From an uncultured bacterium (GTDB lineage Bacteria; Bacillota_I; Bacilli_A; RFN20; CAG-826), in the NCBI GenBank assembly GCA_949292105.1, contig CASEYK010000018.1, forward strand, positions 5,134-69,133: DNA of 64,000 bases, read 5' to 3'. Within the stretch, counting starts at the first letter, position 1. Every line of letters starts with the position of its first letter. A model generated the notes under the pieces. It searched no databases, was not told the origin of the DNA, and was given only the letters and a program-made list of their open reading frames with translations. The translations under genes were made by a program, and so were the position numbers. Shown piece after piece: positions 18,024-25,525 of the stretch.

Positions 18024-19782
18024 TAAAGTTAAGGCTCTTATCACCAATCTTAAGCATTTGCCCGGCGTTTATCTAATGCATAACGCGAAAGATGAAATTA
18101 TTTATATTGGCAAAGCCAAAGATTTATATAACCGCGTCAGCCAATATTTTTTAAGACCACAAGCTGGCAAAGTGGCCAAAATGGTTTTTGATGTCGATTA
18201 TTTTGAAACTATTATCACTAAAACTGAAAAAGAAGCACTGATATTAGAGATGAATCTTATTCAGACACATTATCCTAAATACAATATTCTTTTAAAAGAC
18301 GACAGCCATTATCCATATATTGCTCTTCATAAAAAAGGCGATCCGTTCTTGACGATTAAAAGAAATAACAAAGACCGCAATTACGATTATTTTGGTCCTT
18401 TTCCAAGCGGCAAAAGCGCACGAGGAACAATTGAACTTTTAAATAAAATTTTTCCTTTAAGAAAATGCTCTCCTTTAAAAAAGGAACCTTGCTTATATTA
18501 CCATTTAGGGCAATGTTTGGCTCCTTGTATTAAACCCGTCGATAGCAGTGTATATGAAACTATTGTTGAACAAATCAAAAGATTTTTTAAAGGCGATAGC
18601 ACCACAATCAAAAGAGAATATGAGAAAAAAATGCTTGATGCTTCTAGCGAACAAAAATATGAGCTAGCGGCTGAATATAAGAAAATAGTCGATTATATCG
18701 AACATATTAGTGCCGCTCAAAATGTTGAAAGCAACGACCATAAAGATTATGATGTGTTCGCCTATGCTACTCGAGACAATTATCTCGCTTTATCAGTCAT
18801 TGTATATCGCGATGGAATGGTTTTAGGCAAAAATAGTTTCGTTGTCGAACGGTTTGATGAACTAGGCGAACAAGTTCAAGATTTAATACTTCAGTATTAT
18901 CAAAAACATACAACGCCTGTTGAAATTGTCATTAATGATGAAAACGTCATCGCTTTATTAAGCGATTATTTGGATAGCCGAATTGAAAGCGTTACACGTG
19001 GACATCGTTTTGAACTAGTTTCTATGGCGCTCGAAAACGCTCAAAATGCTTTGGATGAATATTATCTAAGCCCGAGAATTGACGAAAATAAAATTGCTCT
19101 TTTGGAAGAACTAGGACAAATATTAAATATTGATACTCCTCTGCGCATTGAACTGTTTGATAATTCCCATTTGCAAGGCTCTAACCCCGTTGGAGCGGTG
19201 GTGACATTTATTAATGGCGAACCAGCCAAGTCGCTATATCGAAAATATCATATTGAGTGGAGCGAAGGAAAAGATGATTTAAAGTCGATGAAAGAAGTTG
19301 TTTGGAGACGCTATAAAAGGATGAAAGAAGAAAATAAAACCTTCCCATCCCTTATTTTGCTCGATGGTGGTCTAAACCAAATCAACGCTGCTAAAGAAGC
19401 CTTGAACGATCTAGATGTCAGCATCCCTATTTATGGACTTTATAAAAATGATAAACACCAAACTGAAGGTATTATCGATGAATATGGACAAAAATATAAA
19501 ATTGAGAATAAATCATTATTTTTCATGTTGACAAGAATGCAAGATGAAGTACATCGATTTGCTATTTCATTTCATCGATCACTAAGAGATAAAAGTTTCA
19601 AAAACTCTATTCTCGATGGTGTTAAAGGTTTGGGTGAAAAAAGAAAAGAAATAATTCTAAGAAATTATCAGGATATTAAAACATTAAAAAACGCCAGTGT
19701 CGAAGAGTTAAAACAATTTTTGCCTGTTGATGTCGCTTTATCTCTTTATCAATCACTTCATAACGATGATGAAAACAATTGA
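18016..19782 (+). CDS. uvrC: excinuclease ABC subunit C
   Basis: GIY-YIG N-terminus (GVYLMHNAKDEIIYIGKAKDL), UvrC and RNase H-like domains and a C-terminal HhH. The start overlaps the end of mutS2 by 8 nt. Confidence 0.95.
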   Translation: MNNKVKALITNLKHLPGVYLMHNAKDEIIYIGKAKDLYNRVSQYFLRPQAGKVAKMVFDVDYFETIITKTEKEALILEMNLIQTHYPKYNILLKDDSHYPYIALHKKGDPFLTIKRNNKDRNYDYFGPFPSGKSARGTIELLNKIFPLRKCSPLKKEPCLYYHLGQCLAPCIKPVDSSVYETIVEQIKRFFKGDSTTIKREYEKKMLDASSEQKYELAAEYKKIVDYIEHISAAQNVESNDHKDYDVFAYATRDNYLALSVIVYRDGMVLGKNSFVVERFDELGEQVQDLILQYYQKHTTPVEIVINDENVIALLSDYLDSRIESVTRGHRFELVSMALENAQNALDEYYLSPRIDENKIALLEELGQILNIDTPLRIELFDNSHLQGSNPVGAVVTFINGEPAKSLYRKYHIEWSEGKDDLKSMKEVVWRRYKRMKEENKTFPSLILLDGGLNQINAAKEALNDLDVSIPIYGLYKNDKHQTEGIIDEYGQKYKIENKSLFFMLTRMQDEVHRFAISFHRSLRDKSFKNSILDGVKGLGEKRKEIILRNYQDIKTLKNASVEELKQFLPVDVALSLYQSLHNDDENN

Positions 19783-19823
19783 AAACATTTTCACACTTGT
19801 TTAATATATTAAATGCTACATAT

Positions 19824-19900
19824 ACCCTCGTAGCTCAGTTGGATAGAGCAACAGCCTTCTAAGCTGTGGGTCAGGCGTTCGAGTCGCCTCGAGGGTGCCA
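19824..19900 (+). tRNA. tRNA-Arg (anticodon UCU)
   Basis: The cloverleaf was folded by hand: acceptor ACCCTCG/CGAGGGT, D-arm GCTC-AGTTGGATA-GAGC, anticodon stem ACAGC/GCTGT with loop CTTCTAA, T-arm AGGCG-TTCGAGT-CGCCT, discriminator G and an encoded CCA. Confidence 0.9.
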
Positions 19901-19915
19901 TTGAAAATACTGAGA

Positions 19916-19940
19916 CAGTCTGTCACGCAGGCTGTTTTTA
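19916..19940 (+). terminator. terminator after tRNA-Arg
   Basis: cagtctg-tcacg-caggctg hairpin followed by ttttta. Confidence 0.5.
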
Positions 19941-19957
19941 TTATCTTAAGATAATAA
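19938..19957. repeat. 20-bp perfect palindrome TTATTATCTTAAGATAATAA
   Basis: Exact reverse-complement symmetry, located between the tRNA terminator and the promoter of the nuclease gene. Confidence 0.8.
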
Positions 19958-19977
19958 TATAGCCAAAATCAACTAAA

Positions 19978-19990
19978 TATTGTCTCACAA
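19978..19990 (+). repeat. 13-bp motif TATTGTCTCACAA, copy A; overlaps the -35 of the nuclease promoter
   Basis: Near-identical copies occur at 21694-21706 and 21736-21748. Confidence 0.7.
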
Positions 19991-20009
19991 AACATAAATG
20001 TTATATAAT
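19980..20009 (+). promoter_or_regulatory. promoter of the restriction-endonuclease-like gene
   Basis: -35 TTGTCT (19980-19985), 18-nt spacer, -10 TATAAT (20004-20009). The ATG at 20016 lies ~7 nt downstream, so the transcript would be leaderless. Confidence 0.45.
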
Positions 20010-20015
20010 ACATTT

Positions 20016-21062
20016 ATGATGGAAAAAACCACAACAGAAAGCATTATCAAATATTTTCACTACCATAAAGGCGAAGTTTTTGAAGTAGATATCCTACATA
20101 AAAGAAAGTTTTCTGATATCAACTATGATTCTTTTAGAAAATTGGTATCCAGAATTTCAAATCGTGGCGAAGAATTAACGCATTTAGGTTTTAGCCTTTA
20201 TTACATCGGAAAAGCAAATGAAATGATGCTAGATGACATTGTCTTTAATTATTTTGTTCAAAAGATTAAAGTTGAACTCAATATTTTAAATTCGCTCATT
20301 GGCTCTAAAAATATCGAAGAAGAATTCAAATCTATCGTTAATCAATATCCTAATGTTTTGGTCGTGGTACCAATTCTTTTAGCAAAAAGAGAAGCTGAAA
20401 TTAAAGTACAAGATGCTGACGGTAGTTATGTTTTTAACTTTGTTAAAATGAACTATACAGTCGACCAATATACTCTTTTCATGAGAAATAGCGGTCTATT
20501 TGATTTATTACAAAACCACATCATTAATAACCTAGTCGATTATGTTTTAGGTATTGAAGTCGGAATGGACACTAACGGAAGAAAAAATAGAACAGGTCAT
20601 GTTATGGAAGACCTAGTTGAATCCTACCTCATTAAAGCTGGTTTAGTTAAGGGCAAGACATATTTCAAAGAAATGTGTGCTTCTGATGTCGAAAAGAAGT
20701 TCCATTTAGATTTATCTAAACTAAGCAACGATGGTAAAGCAGAAAAGAGATTTGACTTTGTGTTTGTTGGTGCATTAGGGACTGTTTTCGCCTGTGAATG
20801 TAATTTCTACAGCGGAGGCGGTTCGAAACTAAACGAAACTGCTAGAAGTTACAAAACATTAACTGAAGAATCAAGAGAAATAACAGGATTCCAATTCGTT
20901 TGGTTTACAGATGGAATTGGCTGGAATAGTGCAAAGCACAATTTGGAAGAAACATTTGACGTGTTGGAAAACCTTTACAACTTGCACGATTTAGAAAATG
21001 AAGCAATTAATCAATTGATTGATCCAACGAGATATTTAAATAAACTTTTAACTAATAAATAA
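20016..21062 (+). CDS. DpnII/MboI-family type II restriction endonuclease homolog with a ~55-aa N-terminal extension and no adjacent methyltransferase
   Basis: Motifs LNILNSLIGSKNI, GIEVGMDTNGRKNRTGHVMED and CNFYSGGGSKLNETARSYK, recognised from memory as the DpnII family (Pfam PF04556 type). The ATG at 19998 used in the ORF track lies inside the promoter spacer and is rejected. Confidence 0.5.
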   Translation: MMEKTTTESIIKYFHYHKGEVFEVDILHKRKFSDINYDSFRKLVSRISNRGEELTHLGFSLYYIGKANEMMLDDIVFNYFVQKIKVELNILNSLIGSKNIEEEFKSIVNQYPNVLVVVPILLAKREAEIKVQDADGSYVFNFVKMNYTVDQYTLFMRNSGLFDLLQNHIINNLVDYVLGIEVGMDTNGRKNRTGHVMEDLVESYLIKAGLVKGKTYFKEMCASDVEKKFHLDLSKLSNDGKAEKRFDFVFVGALGTVFACECNFYSGGGSKLNETARSYKTLTEESREITGFQFVWFTDGIGWNSAKHNLEETFDVLENLYNLHDLENEAINQLIDPTRYLNKLLTNK

Positions 21063-21073
21063 CGGAGGCTTGT

Positions 21074-21673
21074 ATGGCACTTATAAAATGTCCTGAATGT
21101 GGGAAAGATGTGAGCACTGCTGCAGATGTATGTCCGCACTGTGGCTACCCCATTAAAAAAGAATCTAAGGTTAAACCTGAAGAAAAACCAAACGAGAACT
21201 ATCCAAAGCCAAAAAATACCGCTTGGGTTGAAAAATGGAAAAGCAAGGCAAAGGCTACTAGATGGAAATGGACGCTTTTGTTTCTTGGTTCCTTAGTTCT
21301 TCTTGCGGTCTTTATAATTTTATTATGTACAGATAAAGAAGTTACTTCTTATGGTACATACTCAAAAACCGTTTGGATAATTATGGTTGGTATTTCATCA
21401 TTTATTGCATTTATTATGTTTACGCTATGGCTGGTTGCTTTAATTACAATCAGAGTTCGCGCTAGACAATATGATGGTTATACAGTTCTAGTATATGTCA
21501 GCTTTAATCATTGCTTAGTAGTTGAAGATGAAGTTCAAGATTCAGGATTTGTTAATAGATTTCTTTATGGCCAACTTCCTAACAAAAAGCAAGTATGGGT
21601 TAACATATCTGCATGGGATGGATCTGTTAAAATGGGCATCGGTAAAGAAGGCGACGAAAAGAATCTAATTTAG
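21074..21673 (+). CDS. zinc-ribbon transmembrane protein (CPxCG...CPHCG, K-rich linker, 2 TM helices, ~75-aa C-terminal domain)
   Basis: GGAGG RBS and a 12-nt gap after the nuclease gene indicate translational coupling. Confidence 0.6.
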   Translation: MALIKCPECGKDVSTAADVCPHCGYPIKKESKVKPEEKPNENYPKPKNTAWVEKWKSKAKATRWKWTLLFLGSLVLLAVFIILLCTDKEVTSYGTYSKTVWIIMVGISSFIAFIMFTLWLVALITIRVRARQYDGYTVLVYVSFNHCLVVEDEVQDSGFVNRFLYGQLPNKKQVWVNISAWDGSVKMGIGKEGDEKNLI

Positions 21674-21693
21674 TAAAAATGCCAAAAACATTG

Positions 21694-21706
21694 TATTATC
21701 TCACAT
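21694..21706 (+). repeat. 13-bp motif TATTATCTCACAT, copy B
   Basis: Direct repeat of copy A, differing by 1-2 mismatches. Confidence 0.7.
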
Positions 21707-21735
21707 AAAATAATTTATTTTTGAAGAAAGATTGG

Positions 21736-21748
21736 TATTATCTCACAA
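21736..21748 (+). repeat. 13-bp motif TATTATCTCACAA, copy C
   Basis: Direct repeat located 42 bp after copy B. Confidence 0.7.
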
Positions 21749-21773
21749 ATTTAAAGACATTTCATGTAAATAA

Positions 21774-21798
21774 CCATTTCGTGCCGAAGTGGTTTTTT
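21774..21798 (+). terminator. rho-independent terminator of the nuclease/zinc-ribbon operon
   Basis: ccatttcg-tgc-cgaagtgg hairpin followed by tttttt. Confidence 0.55.
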
Positions 21799-21939
21799 AA
21801 AAACATAATGCTTGGCTCTTTTTATTACGTTGTTGCACTTATTTCAGTTAATACCTTATGTCTTTAAATTAGCCAATGGAATTACGATTGAAACCAAAAA
21901 ACTTAACCAAGTAATATTAAATTAAGTGAGGCTCTAAAT

Positions 21940-22347
21940 ATGGATGAAATAAAATGTCCTAAATGCGGAAAAGTATTAACAGATAATGAAAAAGAGAAAA
22001 AAATTTGTCAAGAATGTGGTTGTTTGTTTGAAATTATTGATTCTAAAAAAGGGAAAAAGTCTGAAGCCGTTAGCGCCATCATTAAAGATTATAGAAAAAT
22101 AAATTACAAATCTTGGATTAAGTTCTATATTTTCTTCTTATTCTTGTGGTCAATCTTAACTATCTTTGGAGTGTTACAAGGCTATGTCCACACATCAAAT
22201 CCATGGAATTGGATTATCTTGGTTGTAGGAGTGGTAGTTTACATTATTGTGTTTATCTTAATTCAATTTCAAATAAATGTTATAAGAGATATTTATATGT
22301 TAAAAATTAAAGTTGAAAAATTAGAAAATAAGAATGACAACGAATAA
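21940..22347 (+). CDS. zinc-ribbon (CPKCG...CQECG) two-TM membrane protein
   Basis: GAGG RBS. Same architecture as 21074..21673 but without the C-terminal domain. Confidence 0.55.
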   Translation: MDEIKCPKCGKVLTDNEKEKKICQECGCLFEIIDSKKGKKSEAVSAIIKDYRKINYKSWIKFYIFFLFLWSILTIFGVLQGYVHTSNPWNWIILVVGVVVYIIVFILIQFQINVIRDIYMLKIKVEKLENKNDNE

Positions 22348-22475
22348 TCATGCAAGAGTGTGAAGTTGTAGAAACAAGGAATTCTAAAGATGCTAACTAA
22401 TAAAACATTCAAATAAAAACATTAAACAAGTAACTCAAAAGTCTTTTCAAAGACCAAATTACTATTGTTAACTTA

Positions 22476-22700
22476 ATGTTGGAAATAATTTGGAAGATGA
22501 TAGCCTTGTATCCAGAAATAGGACAATATCTCCCGGCACCAGACATGGATCAAGTTTTAAGCGGGAAGACGAACAATCCTTTCTATGTTCTTTGCATTCA
22601 TATTATTGGGATACATTGTTCAAGAATCATCTTTTTAGATGATATTAAAAGAGTAAAACTAGAAAACAGCACTGACTATCAAAAAGAATTGATGGAATAA
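22476..22700 (+). CDS. hypothetical 74-aa ORF, possibly a gene remnant
   Basis: Isolated ORF in an AT-rich intergenic stretch with no recognisable motifs and a weak ribosome-binding site. Confidence 0.2.
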   Translation: MLEIIWKMIALYPEIGQYLPAPDMDQVLSGKTNNPFYVLCIHIIGIHCSRIIFLDDIKRVKLENSTDYQKELME

Positions 22701-22973
22701 ATATTATAAGTTTAATCAACAAGCATTATCAAATTTTAAAAGCTACGGAAAATAAAAAGAGCACTGAGAATTTTGAATGTTATTATAAAACTTTTAGTTA
22801 TTAATTTGACTAATTTTATTTAGAAAGCAATATATACAATAGTATTACAACGCATCAAATAAGCAGCAATTTTTTGTAGTATCAAATGTTTTTATACAAT
22901 TGCTTGGCAAATATCTGTAATCGTGAAAACATAATGCACATTTAGTTAATAAAATTAAGGATGCATAATAATG

Positions 22974-23024
22974 TTATCTCCAAAAAAATGTTATATTTCT
23001 TTAAATTTATCTCCAAAAAAATGT
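22974..23024 (+). repeat. two perfect 18-bp direct repeats TTATCTCCAAAAAAATGT (22974-22991 and 23007-23024) upstream of the ATPase gene
   Basis: Exact duplication 33 bp apart. The repeats sit inside a possible 43-codon upstream ORF (22971..23102) that has an LSPKKC repeat. Confidence 0.7.
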
Positions 23025-23082
23025 AAAATATTGTATGAAAACTTCACAAATGTTAAGATAAAAGTGATTAATGAGGCGATGT

Positions 23083-24381
23083 ATGGAAAGAAAAATATAT
23101 GATAAGCTCTTAAACTGGAAAAAATCATTACATAGAAAACCTTTAGTGTTACAAGGCGCTAGACAAGTTGGAAAAACTTATATAGTTAATCTGTTTGGGC
23201 AAAAAGAATATGAAAACTATGTTTATTGCAATTTCGAAAAAGAACCTATTTTAGAAGATTTTTTTAACGAGCTTAATCCAAATAAAATTATTAGAAATCT
23301 CAGTATTTATAAGCATAAAGAAATTATTTCAAACCATACCTTACTAATTTTTGATGAAATTCAAGCATCACCAAAAGCTTTAAATTCTCTGAAATATTTT
23401 AATGAAGAAGCCAAAGAATATCATATCATTGCTTTGGGATCTCTATTGGGTGTATCTCTAAATAGAGAAAATTCCTCTTTTCCAGTTGGACAAGTCGAGA
23501 TGATGACAATGTATCCGATGGATTTTGAAGAATTTTTAATTGCGGTTGGTAATGATACATCTAAACTGAGTTTAGAAATTAAAAATGCCTATAAAAATGA
23601 TACTGCTTTGCCTGCTGGTCTTCATGAGTTAGCTATTTCACTATACAAGAAGTATTTGTATGTTGGCGGAATGCCAGAAGCTGTAAAAGTTTTTGTTGAG
23701 ACGAACAATCCTGAAATGGTTAGAATTGTTCAACTCGCAATTCTCGATGCCTATTTTAGCGACATGAGCAAGTATAATAGAACGACTGAAATACCCAAAA
23801 CAAAATTAGTTTTTGAAAATATATCGACACAGCTTTCTAAGGAAAACAAAAAATTTCAATATAAATATTTAAAAAGCGGAGCGAGGTCATCACAGTATGC
23901 CGAAGCGATAAAGTGGGTTTGTAGTGCTGGCATTGCAAATCAATTATTTAAATTAGAAAAAGTAACTTTACCACTTGAATCAAATAAATCTAATGATGAT
24001 TTTAAATTTTATATGAGCGATGTTGGTTTATTATGTGCTAGTCAAAATATACGCATTGAAGATATTGAATTAGACCTCAATGATTCATCTTTTCGTGGTG
24101 GATTATGTGAAAACTATGTCTTCAATCAATTAACATTTGCTGGGCTCAAACCATATTACTGGACTAGTAATTTTGATGCCGAAATAGATTTTATCATTAG
24201 GTTAGGAATGGATATCATTCCCATTGAAGTTAAGTCTGGAGAAAATACTCGATCGAAGAGTTTGAATGTGTATATGAAGAGTATGAACCCGCCATACGCA
24301 ATTAGAATATCTCAAAAGAATTTTGGATTCGAAAATAATATTAAGTCCGTTCCATTGTATGCCGTTTATTGTATTAAATAA
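23083..24381 (+). CDS. COG1373-type AAA+ ATPase (AAA_14 N-domain plus DUF4143 nuclease-like C-domain)
   Basis: Walker A GARQVGKT, Walker B LLIFDEIQ and the C-terminal DFIIRLG...IPIEVKSG motif. The start is taken at ATG 23083 with an upstream GAGG. Confidence 0.7.
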   Translation: MERKIYDKLLNWKKSLHRKPLVLQGARQVGKTYIVNLFGQKEYENYVYCNFEKEPILEDFFNELNPNKIIRNLSIYKHKEIISNHTLLIFDEIQASPKALNSLKYFNEEAKEYHIIALGSLLGVSLNRENSSFPVGQVEMMTMYPMDFEEFLIAVGNDTSKLSLEIKNAYKNDTALPAGLHELAISLYKKYLYVGGMPEAVKVFVETNNPEMVRIVQLAILDAYFSDMSKYNRTTEIPKTKLVFENISTQLSKENKKFQYKYLKSGARSSQYAEAIKWVCSAGIANQLFKLEKVTLPLESNKSNDDFKFYMSDVGLLCASQNIRIEDIELDLNDSSFRGGLCENYVFNQLTFAGLKPYYWTSNFDAEIDFIIRLGMDIIPIEVKSGENTRSKSLNVYMKSMNPPYAIRISQKNFGFENNIKSVPLYAVYCIK

Positions 24382-24549
24382 CATCAGTTGCAGTTTGAAA
24401 AATAATTGACAAAATAATAAAGTGAAACGCAATTATTAAAACATAAGTTGTTTGAATAGTTAAAAAATTACAAAAATATGATAGTAAAATATTCCTTCAA
24501 AAATATAAAATATCTTATAGATATTAAAAATGGATAACGGGAGTTAGTT

Positions 24550-25440
24550 ATGAATGTTATTAGAAAAAATCTAGGCTATGCATTATTTACAGCTTTTTGT
24601 GTCTTGTTTGCGGTTTATTTTATTTATGATTTAACACAAATCAGTGATGCGTTAGATGTCGAAGGTTCAAATTTACCGATGATTTTATTGATTATCGACA
24701 TTCTTGCGTGCTTGATAATGATTTCAATATCAGCTGATGGATTATTAAGAACAAATAAAGAAGATGAAAGAAAAATATTAATTTGTTGTGTCTTTCTCGG
24801 GCTTGTTTATTCATTCGCAAATGCGTTAGGAACAATCGTGACAATGACTGAGATGCAAAATCTTTATAATAATGTGGGTATTCAAATTCATTGGCCAGCT
24901 GAAACTATCATGACATTAATATTTTTGATTTTTGGTTTTGTTGCGTTATTGTTCGGGGCGATATTGAATTATGAGAATAACCTAAAAATGAAAAAAGGAT
25001 TTATTATTGCAGGAATTGGTTGTATTTTTATCGCGCTTATCATTGCACTAGCAAACAGTGGCTCATCTCAAACAACTTTTCAAGTTATAATAGGTGTTTT
25101 TCAAATAATATTAATGATTTGTCTTGGCACTTATGTATTGTTTATCAATTGTTTTAACAATAATGCAGATGAAAAAATCAAAATATGTTCATTCTGTGGC
25201 TCCGAAGTTCAATCTGATAAACTGTACTGTGATAAATGTGGGCATAAAATGGATGCAGTCACAACAGCAGTAAAAAGCAAAAACAACAATTACTCAAATA
25301 AACAAAAGATATCCACATCTAAACTAGATCAAGAAGAAGCAGAAGACTCTTTGAGAAGGTTGAAACAAATGCTTGATGAGAAAATAATTACTGAAGAAGA
25401 ATATAATGAAAAGCGAAAGAAATATATCGATAGGCTTTAA
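24550..25440 (+). CDS. polytopic membrane protein (~6 TM) with a zinc ribbon (CSFCG...CDKCG) and a C-terminal SHOCT-like tail
   Basis: The hydrophobic N-terminal two thirds predict about six TM helices. The C-terminus reads LRRLKQMLDEKIITEEEYNEKRKKYI. Confidence 0.5.
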   Translation: MNVIRKNLGYALFTAFCVLFAVYFIYDLTQISDALDVEGSNLPMILLIIDILACLIMISISADGLLRTNKEDERKILICCVFLGLVYSFANALGTIVTMTEMQNLYNNVGIQIHWPAETIMTLIFLIFGFVALLFGAILNYENNLKMKKGFIIAGIGCIFIALIIALANSGSSQTTFQVIIGVFQIILMICLGTYVLFINCFNNNADEKIKICSFCGSEVQSDKLYCDKCGHKMDAVTTAVKSKNNNYSNKQKISTSKLDQEEAEDSLRRLKQMLDEKIITEEEYNEKRKKYIDRL

Positions 25441-25525
25441 TAATGTTTGTGAAATATTGATTAAATTATAAATAGTTGAGATTACTATAAAACTACTAAA
25501 AATCTACCAAATGCATTGATATTAT

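Noticed and set aside
22974-23024. Possible CRISPR array.
   Set aside because: Only two copies of an 18-bp repeat and no cas genes. No other regularly spaced repeat arrays were seen in the window.
24202-24432. Minus-strand 76-aa ORF overlapping the 3' end of the ATPase gene, considered as a hidden partner gene.
   Set aside because: It lies antisense within the conserved DUF4143 C-terminal domain coding region, has no RBS and is of low complexity.
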